A stretch of DNA of 64,000 nt from Octopus bimaculoides. Taxonomy: Eukaryota. The translations under genes and the position numbers were made by a program. The stretch covers positions 50,867,321-50,931,320 of the forward strand of contig NC_068998.1 in the NCBI RefSeq assembly GCF_001194135.2. Reading direction: 5' to 3'. The notes under the pieces are model-generated. The model saw only the letters and a list, made by a program, of their open reading frames with translations, searched no databases and was not told the DNA's origin. Each line of letters begins with the position of its first letter. The stretch's first letter is position 1. Below are positions 1 to 11,966 of this stretch, piece after piece.

Positions 1-610
1 GCAACAGTTTCACAAAAAATTCCTTTCCGCTATCTTGTTACAATTTTGATTTAACCCTTTTACTGCACAAAACAGATATATCAATGCAAAATTTCATTTC
101 TTTGGGCGGCAGAAAGAAGTTTTGTATATCACTCTATCTTTCATTATGGCATGTCATGTTTTGAGATATACCAAGTTTATTGAGGCAATATCACTTGCAG
201 AAAATAGCAATTCTAATTTTTGCTAGATATTTGGAATAACCATGAAATTTAGTTTTGCAATGAAGAAGTTAAGATGGAAATTTAATGTAAGATTTTAATT
301 TGGATCGCTTTTGAAACAGGAAATTTGTGTCAACATTTGTTGAGATATGTCAAGATTCTTCAGGCAATATCACTGGCAGAAAATACCAATTCTATCTTCT
401 GCTAGATACTTAACCTCATTACTCCAATAACGATAAAATTTAATTTAGCAGTGAAAAGGTTAATTCAATCTCTGTTGTATCCATTTCAAAAAAATCATTT
501 TTCCTTAAATTTGAGTCATAAATTCTAACTTTTCTTTAATTACAGTTAAGTACAGTTGAAGATTAGTAAACATGATGCTAATACAGGTTGTTGTTATAAA
601 GTTCCAATGC

Positions 611-770
611 ATGGCTGTGTGGTAAGAAGCTTACTTGCCACCCACATGGTTCTGGGTTCAGTCCCACAATATGGCACCTTCAACATATATCTTTTACTAT
701 ATCCTTGGGCAGACTTAAGCCTTGCAGGTGGATTTGGTAGACAGAAACTGAAAGAAGCCTACCCTATATA
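611..770 (+). mobile_element. SINE family A, 5' (tRNA-like head) half
   Basis: TGGCTGTGTGGTAAG A-box-like and GGGTTCAGTCCCA B-box-like motifs, ending GGATTTGGTAGACAGAAACTGAAAGAAGCC as in the other A copies. Confidence 0.8.
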
Positions 771-859
771 CATGTGAGTGTGTGTATATATATACATAAT
801 AAATAATATATAATACATATGTGTTAACTTATTCTGTTTTTTATTTTTTTCTCTTTGTT

Positions 860-948
860 TAGGTATTTCACTCATTTTCTCCTCGTTTGTTTATGGATTT
901 CATTATGTTATTTGCACCATTGGTGACGTCCTGTACCCATATATGCAT
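860..948 (+). repeat. Interspersed repeat family F fragment
   Basis: Ends GACGTCCTGTACCCATATATGCAT; the same end is at 24757-24780 (+) and 14091-14113 (-). Confidence 0.55.
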
Positions 949-1159
949 ATATATATATATATATACATTACTTATATCATTTTATTATTAATTCATATAT
1001 ATATATGTATATTATATATTACTTATTATTTAATTGAATGCGACACATCCATTTCCAAGTAAGTTTATGAGTGTGTGTGTGTGTGTGTGTGTGAGTATAA
1101 GTATTTGTGTGTCTGTGTATGACCCCCCACCCCCGACACACGCACACATAATCGCTTGA

Positions 1160-1348
1160 CATCTGGATTGAATGATTTGACTGAGGACTGGCGAACCAGA
1201 TGGCTGCACCAAGCTCCAATCTGATCTGGCAGAGTTTCGACAACTGGATGCCCTTCCTAACGCCAACCACTCCAAGAGTGTAGTGGGTGCTTTTACATGC
1301 CACCGGCACGAGGGCCAGTCAGGTGGTACTCGCAATGGCCACGCTCAT
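1160..1348 (-). mobile_element. RTE-LINE 3' tail repeat (family C)
   Basis: GGATGCCCTTCCTAACGCCAACCAC motif and GACTGAGGACTGG block shared by more than a dozen copies. Confidence 0.8.
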
Positions 1349-1811
1349 GTACATCTTATACTATAGACTACATTCCTAGCTTTACAGTTTGTTTGCTTGA
1401 GTAAGTGAGTGTGTAGTAAGTGAGTGTGTGTGTGTCTTTGTGTGTCTACATACAATGAACTGTCTTTAGTTTCTGTTTACGAAATCCCACACACAAGGTT
1501 TTGGCCAACCCATGGCTATAGTACAAGTCATTTGCCTAAGATGCCCCGAAAATGACCATCCTTTCATTTCCGTTGCTTGGCATGATATATTTCTAACAAA
1601 ATGATTCAATAAAACAATGTCGCCATCGTTTTATTTGACTCAATGCAATTCGATGCAGACTTAACTCGTTCTTTCTTGTAGTCCTGGTTAAGAAGTGGGG
1701 GTTCCTTTTGCATTAGTTGTTTAAGAGCTGAGGTGTGGCTTGTGAATTTATTAAAGAACCACCACCATGTCATCACAAAATTAATAAATGGGCGTGTGAT
1801 AAACACATGTC

Positions 1812-1850
<39 letters not shown>

Positions 1851-1945
1851 CATCATCATCATCATCATCATCGTCATCAACAATTAACATCTGTTTTCCA
1901 GGAGGTCATGATTTGGACAGTTTGACTAGAGCTGAAACGGTTAAA

Positions 1946-1991
<46 letters not shown>

Positions 1992-2292
1992 CATTTATAT
2001 GTGTCTATATATATAAATGTCTTTATATAAATACATTTTATATGTGTCCATATATATAAAGTGTCTATATAAATACATTTTATATATCAATATATATACA
2101 TCATCATCATCATCATCATCATCATCGTTTAATGTCCATCTTCCACGTATACATGGATAGATGAATATAAACTGGTTCGTATATACACACAGAAACATGA
2201 TGTGACATACAAACTTACAGGCACACCCAATAAGACACACAAACACAAGCATGCATATCTGTACCTATACACACACACACATGTTTATATGT

Positions 2293-2329
<37 letters not shown>

Positions 2330-2339
2330 NNNNNNNNNN

Positions 2340-2383
<44 letters not shown>

Positions 2384-2659
2384 ACAACCTAATCTAAATT
2401 TATACAGTAGAAAAAACAATATCCAAAGAAGCCAACGCCCAGATCTATGACAAATCAACACCATTGAACTGCCGAAAGGGGTGCCAACACATAATCATTT
2501 GACAAGCTAGAAACTCCTGTATTTGCCTGAGTATTTGTCTGACAAATACAGGAGTATGTCCACATAAATGAAACACACCCAGTACTAAATACGTAGATGG
2601 TAGTGATACCCTAATACCCACAGGTTACATACACAGAGGTAGATTTGTTAGTAGGCTAT

Positions 2660-2702
<43 letters not shown>

Positions 2703-3124
2703 NNNNNNNNNNNNNNNNNNNNNNNNNNNNNNNNNNNNNNNNNNNNNNNNNNNNNNNNNNNNNNNNNNNNNNNNNNNNNNNNNNNNNNNNNNNNNNNNNN
2801 NNNNNNNNNNNNNNNNNNNNNNNNNNNNNNNNNNNNNNNNNNNNNNNNNNNNNNNNNNNNNNNNNNNNNNNNNNNNNNNNNNNNNNNNNNNNNNNNNNNN
2901 NNNNNNNNNNNNNNNNNNNNNNNNNNNNNNNNNNNNNNNNNNNNNNNNNNNNNNNNNNNNNNNNNNNNNNNNNNNNNNNNNNNNNNNNNNNNNNNNNNNN
3001 NNNNNNNNNNNNNNNNNNNNNNNNNNNNNNNNNNNNNNNNNNNNNNNNNNNNNNNNNNNNNNNNNNNNNNNNNNNNNNNNNNNNNNNNNNNNNNNNNNNN
3101 NNNNNNNNNNNNNNNNNNNNNNNN

Positions 3125-3194
<70 letters not shown>

Positions 3195-3365
3195 ATTAAT
3201 ATTTCTAAGTCTCTCTAAAGGAGACTACGGCAGCGGTACTGGAAATTAATAGTTATCGCCAAGCCAACATGGCAGTCCCAAAATTAGGACGAAAGCTGCC
3301 GTGAATTAGCTCCAAGAAGCCATCGCCTCTAGCTAGCTATGTGACACACGAAACCTGTGTCCTTT

Positions 3366-3512
3366 ATAACCTTCGAACAGGGGAGGTCAGCAGTGTCCCC
3401 CTGCTGGTTTGGCATCTGCAGACTAGACTAGTTTCAGGGTGTTGCCCCTTGTCAATGCAGAGTAGCCAAGCCTTAGCCAGGCGGCGCTGCTGACTATCTG
3501 CTCGAAGGTTAT
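3366..3512. mobile_element. 147-bp foldback MITE-like element
   Basis: Terminal IRs ATAACCTTCGAACAG and CTGCTCGAAGGTTAT (14/15), extending imperfectly to about 55 bp per arm. Confidence 0.6.
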
Positions 3513-3552
3513 TTATCTAATTTCAGTGGAATCTATCATTGTCATCATCATT

Positions 3553-3745
3553 GTAGTTGTCGTCGTTTAATGTCCGTTTTCCATGCTGGCATGGGTTGGA
3601 CGGTTTAACTGAAGGCTGCACCGGGCTCCAGTCTGATCAGGCAGAGTTTCTACAGTTGGATGCCTTTCCTAATGCCAACCACCCCAAGAGGGCCAGTAAG
3701 GCAGTACTGGCATCAACCACACTCAAATGGTGCTTTTCATGTGCC
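3553..3745 (-). mobile_element. RTE tail repeat (family C)
   Basis: GTCGTCGTTTAATGTCCGTTTTCCATGCTGGCATGGG...GGATGCCTTTCCTAATGCCAACC. Confidence 0.8.
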
Positions 3746-3774
3746 ACCAGCACAGGGCCATATATACATATAAA

Positions 3775-4122
3775 GTGGCTGATGGCATGTGGAAAGCTCC
3801 TTTTGAGCGCTAGGCCTCGCTGAGGCAACGACAACTGATCAATACCTTTGGCCTTAAGTCATGCTTGAGAAGAAGATCCATCGAGCCAAGTAAAATTGCA
3901 GTTGTGGCAGACACTGGTGTTGTGCAAATGGCACCTGTGCCAGTACCATTTAAAAGCACCCATTACACTCTCGGAGTGGTTGGCGTTAGGCAGAGCATCC
4001 AGCCATAGAAACCACGCCAAATCAGACTGGAGTCTGGTGCAACCTTCCAGCTGGTCAACCTTGGTCAGACTATCCAACCCATGCCAGCATGGACAACAGA
4101 CATTAAATGATGATGATGATGA
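3775..4122 (+). mobile_element. 3' end of an RTE LINE (ORF end, 3'UTR and (GAT)n tail)
   Basis: Degenerate translation ALGLAEATTTDQYLWP*VMLEKK resembles the RTE ORF C-terminus; it runs straight into the family C tail and GATGATGAT. Confidence 0.75.
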
Positions 4123-4154
4123 TATATATATATATAAACACACATGTGTGTGTG

Positions 4155-4352
4155 TCTATATGTGAGTGGGTCCTAGTTTTTGTCCCCCCACTGCTTGACA
4201 ACCAGTGTTGGTTTGTTTATGTCCCTGTATCTTAGTGGTTTGGCAAAAAGGGCTGACAGAATAAGTACTAGGTTTAGAAAAAAAAATGTAAGAACTGGGG
4301 CTCAATTTGTTCAACTAAAATTCTTCGAGGCAGTACCCCAGCATGGCCATGA
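4155..4352 (+). mobile_element. SINE family A, 3' half
   Basis: TGTCCCCCACTGCTTGACAACCAGTGTTGG...AATAAGTACTAGG...CCCAGCATGGCCA. Confidence 0.75.
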
Positions 4353-4617
4353 TAAATGACAAGAACTAGATTGATTAATTGAGCATTTGATTAATAATTG
4401 TTTGGTTAATCAATCAATCGTCTAGATTTATCATAGACCTTTTGTCACAATTCACAACCTCATCAATGAGATACCCCAGGGATGAAAGGACGTTCACAAA
4501 ACCTGATTGATTAATTAACCAAACAATTAGACAAACAACTGATTAATTAAATGGTCAAGAAGTTAACCAATTGATTATCAAATATAGAAGCAAAATAAAA
4601 CCAGAGTATCGCATACC

Positions 4618-4768
4618 ATGCTTCTTTCAGTTTCTGTCTACCAAATCCACTCACAAGGCTATGATCAGCCCAAGGCTATAGTAGAAGACACTTACCCAAG
4701 GTGCCATGCAGTGGGACTGAACCTGGAACCATGTGGTTGGGAAGCAAGCTTCTTACCACACAGCCACA
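4618..4768 (-). mobile_element. SINE family A, head half
   Basis: CTTCTTTCAGTTTCTGTCTACCAAATCCACTCACAAGG...GGGACTGAACCTGGAACCATGTGG. Confidence 0.8.
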
Positions 4769-5600
4769 TCTAGGTTCCTCTCATTGTCTAGATTCTGTAG
4801 AGGTCAGATGATGTGGATGTTATTATGTAATTATAAGGGAGGTGCCATATATTGAAAACAAAAAAAAAAAAACTGATGGGATATTGATGTGGTGATGGGT
4901 GGAGGTGGAGTGTGGCGAGGCATGCGTATGTGTGTTGGTGGTGGCAGTGTGTGGGGGGGGGCAGTTCTGTTACCTAATGACCTTCTCACTTAATTACTAA
5001 ATGGAATATTGNNNNNNNNNNNNNNNNNNNNNNNNNNNNNNNNNNNNNNNNNNNNNNNNNNNNNNNNNNNNNNNNNNNNNNNNNNNNNNNNNNNNNNNNN
5101 NNNNNNNNNNNNNNNNNNNNNNNNNNNNNNNNNNNNNNNNNNNNNNNNNNNNNNNNNNNNNNNNNNNNNNNNNNNNNNNNNNNNNNNNNNNNNNNNNNNN
5201 NNNNNNNNNNNNNNNNNNNNNNNNNNNNNNNNNNNNNNNNNNNNNNNNNNNNNNNNNNNNNNNNNNNNNNNNNNNNNNNNNNNNNNNNNNNNNNNNNNNN
5301 NNNNNNNNNNNNNNNNNNNNNNNNNNNNNNNNNNNNNNNNNNNNNNNNNNNNNNNNNNNNNNNNNNNNNNNNNNNNNNNNNNNNNNNNNNNNNNNNNNNN
5401 NNNNNNNNNNNNNNNNNNNNNNNNNNNNNNNNNNNNNNNNNNNNNNNNNNNNNNNNNNNNNNNNNNNNNNNNNNNNNNNNNNNNNNNNNNNNNNNNNNNN
5501 NNNNNNNNNNNNNNNNNNNNNNNNNNNNNNNNNNNNNNNNNNNNNNNNNNNNNNNNNNNNNNNNNNNNNNNNNNNNNNNNNNNNNNNNNNNNNNNNNNNN

Positions 5601-5632
<32 letters not shown>

Positions 5633-5662
5633 GAGAGGGAGAGAGAGGGAGAGGGAGAGAGA

Positions 5663-5693
<31 letters not shown>

Positions 5694-6300
5694 GTGGAGG
5701 TGAAATTGCCCAACCCCTCCTTCAGTATTTCATGGGTCCATTCTTAAAAGATAACAAATTTGGTCTCAAAAACTGACAACTTGACTAGACAAATTAGCTA
5801 CATGAAACAGTCATGACTGGATTGTCTTTTAAACATAGGTCGGCTACTTCATGAGACCTGATTTAGGCGGCATACAGTAACAGCAACAACAACAACGGAC
5901 AGAGCAATAAAATATCTTAACTAGATATAGTATATCTGAAATCTAAATGGGATGGTCACATTTGGAATACCTTAATCAAGGCTCACCTTAAGCTTAACGG
6001 AAGTTTGTTCTAACAACCCTTTCCTTTCCAGCAGACCAACTGGTCAATAAACACACACACACACACACACACGTGTGCAAGTGCACACTATTTCATATGC
6101 ATAAGTGCAAATTTATATAAGGAATGCAAGTAAACAGGATTTCATATGTAAACATTTAGCAAATAGGCAAGCCTCTCCACACACACACACACATCATCAT
6201 ATATACATAAATACATACATATACACACACACACACATATATATATATACATATATACATATATATGTATGTATGTATGTATGTATGTGAGTGTATCTAT

Positions 6301-6494
6301 TATTCTTTTATTCGTTTCAGTCATTTGAATGCGGCCATGCTGGAGCACAGCTTTTAGTCGAACAAATCAACCCCAAGACTTATTCATTGTAAGCCTAGTA
6401 CTTATTTTATCGGTCTTTTTTTGCCAAACCGCTAAGTTACAGGGATATAAATACACCAACATCAGTTGTCAAGCAATCATAAGGGAGGGGACAA

Positions 6495-6564
<70 letters not shown>

Positions 6565-6697
6565 TATGGGCTTCTTTCAGTTTCTGTCTACCAAATACAC
6601 TAACTGAGGCTATAGTAGAAGACACTTTACCAAGGTGCCATGCAGTGGGACTGAACCTGGAACCATGTAGTTGGGAAGCAAGCTTCTTACTACACAT
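6301..6697 (-). mobile_element. SINE family A, near full length
   Basis: Both modules present, separated by an internal (AC)n(AT)n microsatellite. Confidence 0.85.
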
Positions 6698-6701
6698 CCA
6701 T

Positions 6702-7247
6702 TTTGTTGATGTAAACCTTCTCTTTCAGGTCACCCCACAAGAAAAAATCCGGGCTAGTCAAGTCTAAGGAATGTGAAGGCCAGTTGACATTGCCGTAGCT
6801 GGAGAATATTGTCTCTCCAAAGCACTGCCATAGCAACTGTATTGTTTCTCTTGTGGTATAAACAGTTGCCCCATCTTGCTGGAACCATGTGTGAGGTCAA
6901 CTTTGAATGGCTGGGTGCAAAATGGTTTCAATTATAGATAGCTGAAAGAGAGGGTTTACATCAACTGAAGGAGAACATCAATAGAAAAATCAGAGAAGTG
7001 GGATCTAAAACTCTTGAGGGTGTTATGGTGCAAGCTTTGGAAAGAACAATGATGTGTGAAGCCAAAAATGGCTGCCATTTAAGCAACGTTATTTTTCATA
7101 AGCGATGTATTGGTGTCGGAAAATTTGACTTGTGCATATCAATTTCCATAATGTCCTTTATGTTGGATCAAAATTTCATGCATTTATTTGTAAAGTTATG
7201 GAAGTTATTAAAAATTGAAACCCATCAGTGACTTTTGGGACACCCGG
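6702..7247. pseudogene. Decayed Tc1/mariner DD41D (rosa-type) transposase with internal inversion and right TIR
   Basis: Minus 6702-6887 reads WFQQDGATVYTTRETIQLLWQCFGETIFSSYGNVNWPSHSLDLTSPDFFLWGDLKEKVYINK, with 41 residues between the 2nd and 3rd catalytic D. Plus from about 6962 reads QLKENINRKIREV...CEAKNGCHLSNVIFH. It ends TTTTGGGACACCCGG followed by TA. Confidence 0.85.
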
Positions 7248-8120
7248 TATCTGTGGCAGAATACGTTTAGAAAATAATGCATATCTTATTAAGCCTGCTA
7301 TAATTTAGAGAGTAGCTGTGTGGAGTCTACCGAACTCAATTTAATTTAGTACCTAATTCAAATGAATCTTAATTATATATATATATATNNNNNNNNNNNN
7401 NNNNNNNNNNNNNNNNNNNNNNNNNNNNNNNNNNNNNNNNNNNNNNNNNNNNNNNNNNNNNNNNNNNNNNNNNNNNNNNNNNNNNNNNNNNNNNNNNNNN
7501 NNNNNNNNNNNNNNNNNNNNNNNNNNNNNNNNNNNNNNNNNNNNNNNNNNNNNNNNNNNNNNNNNNNNNNNNNNNNNNNNNNNNNNNNNNNNNNNNNNNN
7601 NNNNNNNNNNNNNNNNNNNNNNNNNNNNNNNNNNNNNNNNNNNNNNNNNNNNNNNNNNNNNNNNNNNNNNNNNNNNNNNNNNNNNNNNNNNNNNNNNNNN
7701 NNNNNNNNNNNNNNNNNNNNNNNNNNNNNNNNNNNNNNNNNNNNNNNNNNNNNNNNNNNNNNNNNNNNNNNNNNNNNNNNNNNNNNNNNNNNNNNNNNNN
7801 NNNNNNNNNNNNNNNNNNNNNNNNNNNNNNNNNNNNNNNNNNNNNNNNNNNNNNNNNNNNNNNNNNNNNNNNNNNNNNNNNNNNNNNNNNNNNNNNNNNN
7901 NNNNNNNNNNNNNNNNNNNNNNNNNNNNNNNNNNNNNNNNNNNNNNNNNNNNNNNNNNNNNNNNNNNNNNNNNNNNNNNNNNNNNNNNNNNNNNNNNNNN
8001 NNNNNNNNNNNNNNNNNNNNNNNNNNNNNNNNNNNNNNNNNNNNNNNNNNNNNNNNNNNNNNNNNNNNNNNNNNNNNNNNNNNNNNNNNNNNNNNNNNNN
8101 NNNNNNNNNNNNNNNNNNNN

Positions 8121-8151
<31 letters not shown>

Positions 8152-8365
8152 GTATATAGGGAGCAAGGCAGAGAGAGGGAGAGAGGGAGGGAGCTACTAA
8201 AACTAGTATTTTAATTTATAAGCCTGGCAAAGAAGGAAATCAAAATCAGATGCTATATAATTGATAAAACGTTTATAAAATCTAGAGCAAGCTGAAGAAA
8301 TTCCATGTTATTAAAACCTCTTTATTCATTTTGATGCATAAATAAATTCCTAAGAGTGTCTCTTC

Positions 8366-8503
8366 ATGCTGAGGATTGCAATTTTGTTATTGTTGGTGTT
8401 CCGTAGTTTGTGCTGTTTAAAACCTCAACAAGCATTCACTGGGGATTGTAAGGTTATGTTGAAAGGTAAAAGTTGCGATCATGTCTCTAATGATGTTCCA
8501 TAG
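8366..8503 (+). CDS. Candidate short ORF or first coding exon with signal-peptide-like N-terminus (unverified)
   Basis: MLRIAILLLLVFRSLCCLKPQQAFTGDCKVMLKGKSCDHVSNDVP* in non-repeat DNA; possible donor AAAG|GTAAAA at 8465/8466. Confidence 0.2.
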   Translation: MLRIAILLLLVFRSLCCLKPQQAFTGDCKVMLKGKSCDHVSNDVP

Positions 8504-8554
8504 TTAAGATTGCCATAAAGTGTAACAGTCATTCACACGAACTTGTTTCATTTG

Positions 8555-8596
<42 letters not shown>

Positions 8597-10487
8597 ATGT
8601 ATATGTAAGTACATATATATACATATGTTTATACATATATATGTACATGTTTATACACACACACACACACACACATATATATTTGTTTATACATATATGT
8701 GCATGTTTATACACACACACACACATATATATACACACACACATACATATATACATACACACACTCCAAGATGTCTGGTACAATTCCCTGGTTTGCCAGC
8801 TCCTGTCAAACTTTCCAACTCATGCCAGCAAGAAAAACAGATGTTAAATGATGATGATGATGATAATGATGATGTGACTGAGAAATACTCAACCACTTTC
8901 TTATTAACACAAGCTTTTATTTCCTTTATCTGTACTGGTTTCAGCCAGAGAGTGTGGCCATGCTGGGGCACCACCTTTGAAGAACATAAGCTTGAAGAGA
9001 GGGACTCAAACCTGCGGACCTCAGATTAGGGGTTTCATGCTGTGTCAACTGTATTATGCAACCTATCGCTGTTTCTTGAGATGGTGGGGTGTTATTCGAG
9101 GGAGTTTGTGGCAGCTATTTTTAGGACTTCAAATGACCATGCAGACACTCTTTTTCCCTTATCTCCGAAAGCTTCTGGTGTTTCATTGTGNNNNNNNNNN
9201 NNNNNNNNNNNNNNNNNNNNNNNNNNNNNNNNNNNNNNNNNNNNNNNNNNNNNNNNNNNNNNNNNNNNNNNNNNNNNNNNNNNNNNNNNNNNNNNNNNNN
9301 NNNNNNNNNNNNNNNNNNNNNNNNNNNNNNNNNNNNNNNNNNNNNNNNNNNNNNNNNNNNNNNNNNNNNNNNNNNNNNNNNNNNNNNNNNNNNNNNNNGC
9401 GGGCACTATTAACTAGTTTCTTTGTATCACACACATACACATAACTATACAAGATGTTGAAATACACACACACACCTACATACATGCACACACACACACA
9501 CACGTGTGTGAACACACACACACACTAATATCACCGTCTGGTCGAGCTTGCTCAGATACATACATACACGCATACATAAATACATACGTTTGCATACATA
9601 CATAAATACATCTACACACATACATACACAGATGTAAGCATGTGCATACACACACAAACACACAACCATGTGCATACACACACACATGTAAACATAAACA
9701 TTTGCCCTCATGTCTAAACATAGCACCAGAAGACTCGACCCTATAAACACACTGCACTTGTCATCTATGTCACGTAAAGGTGAGTGGTTAGGGAGGACGA
9801 TGGGGTGGGGGGAGCCGGTGGGGTGGGGGGGAGCCGACAGGGTGACAACTTNNNNNNNNNNGTGAGTGGTTAGGGAGGACGATGGGGTGGGGGGAGCCGG
9901 TGGGGTGGGGGGGAGCCGACAGGGTGACAACTTGGAGACACACACACACACACAGAACTTTTATTGCGTTTTACTTCCCCCCTCCCACAACACAAGGCTT
10001 GGCCAGGCAGATATCACATTCACACATACGCACACGCACACAGCTCCACCACACCCATGTCCAGAGATTGCTATGCAGGAAGTAGCAAATCTACTCAATG
10101 TAAAACTAACATCTTGACAACCAAGAGATGTCCAAGCAGTCCCTGCGGTGTGGAATGTATGTGTATGTGTGTGTGTGTGAACAGGGAGCGGGAGGGCAAA
10201 TCAGTCGCGTACCCAACGCATTCAGTAGGAGCTACACTTATTATAATATATATATAGGTGCAGGAGTGTCTGTGTGGTAAGTAGTTTGCTTCCCAACCAC
10301 ATGGTTCCGGGTTCAGTCCCACTGTGTGGCAACTTAGACAAGTGTCTTTTACTATAGCCTCGGGCCCACCAAAGCTTTTTTGAATGGAGGGATAAAAGTA
10401 GAATGGGATACTATGGCCTCTTGGTTGAAACAGCTGTAAGATACTATCCTAATTTCTATAGTATAGAACAGAAATTCACATAATATA

Positions 10488-10650
10488 TCTCTCTGAGTGG
10501 TTGGCGTTAGGAAGGGCATCCAGCTGTAGAAACTCTGCCAAATTAGATTGGAGCCTGGTGTTGCCATCTGGTTTCACCAGTCCTCAGTCAAATCGTCCAA
10601 CCCATGCTAGCATGGAAGGCGGACGTTAAACGATGATGATGATGATGATG
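10488..10650 (+). mobile_element. RTE tail repeat (family C), young copy
   Basis: GGTTGGCGTTAGGAAGGGCATCCAGCTGTAGAAACTCTGCC...GGACGTTAAACGATGATGATG. Confidence 0.85.
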
Positions 10651-10780
10651 ATATCATAACAGGAAATAATTTCAAATATTCCTCAATGAATAGGTACAAT
10701 GAAGGTAATGAGAAATAATTAAGAGATTAATTTATATCCATTGAATCACTCCATTTTCAGACTTATTATTCGATGTTTTA

Positions 10781-11186
10781 TACTCCTTTACTCTCTCTTT
10801 TACTTGTTTCAGTCATTTGACTGTGGCCATGCTGGAGCACCGCCTTTAGTTGAGCAAATCGACCCCAGGACTTATTCTTTGGAAGCCTAGTATTTATTCT
10901 ATTGGTCTCTTTTGCCGAACCGCTAAGTTACGGGGATGGAAACACACCAGCATCGGTTGTCAAGTGATGTTGGGAGGACAAACACAGACACACACATACA
11001 TATATATATATAGACATATATACAACGGGCTTCTTTCAGTTTCCGTCTACCAAATCCACTCACAAGGCTTTGGTCGGCCCAAGGCTATAGTAGAAGACAC
11101 CTGCCCAAGGTGCCATGCAGTGGGACTGAACCCGGAATCATGTGGTTGGTGAGCAAGCTACTTACCACACAGCCACTCCTGTGCCT
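10781..11186 (-). mobile_element. SINE family A, full-length young copy
   Basis: On minus it starts AGGCACAGGAGTGGCTGTGTGGTAAG, has B box GGGTTCAGTCCC, a CCTTGGGCAGG block, an internal microsatellite and a GAGTAA-type tail. Confidence 0.9.
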
Positions 11187-11966
11187 ATAATATATTTATT
11201 GAAGAAATATCTCTTCAAATTATGATATATTAAACAAGAGTATTTTGGATGAAACTACCTCTATAAGAGGTTTGAATATTCTCAAAGTGACTAACATGTG
11301 CATCTGCGTGTGTGTGTGTGTGTGTGTGTGGGTTCATTCCCCCTAACCACTGCTTGACTACTGTAGAAACACTGCCAGAAATCAGATTGTTTATGTCTCC
11401 ATAACTTAGCTGGTTGGCAATGACTGAAACAAATGAAAGAATAAAAGTTTAGTCAAAAGATTACTTTTCATTTGAAACTAAATTGAAACAAAGACAATGT
11501 ACTTCAACCGAAATACAAGCAAAATATTAAAAGACTTATTTATGTAAACCATACGATGTAATTAGTCTTGCTGTGATAATACAAATATTACCCTGACACC
11601 AAACCACAGTAGCTTTGGCAACAAGCATGGAGAAAATTAAACTAAATAGCTTTTCGCTTTTGGCATTAATAGCCTCGTTAGAGATGAAATGCATCGGCCC
11701 TTCCCCTTTCGGTTGGGAAAGTTTATAAGTTTACATCTTAATATAGAAAATTGTAAACAAATTAGGAGAGTTAAAAGTGAAAATGATACATCGGATATAG
11801 GCTGATGGTGGGGCTTTCATAACAAATGTACCACCAGTGGGTTGGTTGGTTTACAGAATTATTAGAACCTCAGCTAATGTTTCTGTCCTAGCTGTTCTGG
11901 CCCTTTGCACCCTGAGTTCAAATTCTACAAAAGCCAGAAATAAGTAACAGTCAAGTAAGGAATTTT

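Noticed and set aside
3271-3300. Hammerhead look-alike GTCC-loop-GGAC-GAAA
   Set aside because: No CTGANGA upstream; GGCAG/CTGCC closes it as a simple bulged stem-loop
9780-9933. Perfect 72-bp G-rich tandem duplication with G-quadruplex potential
   Set aside because: The copies flank a 10-N gap, typical of unmerged overlapping contig ends
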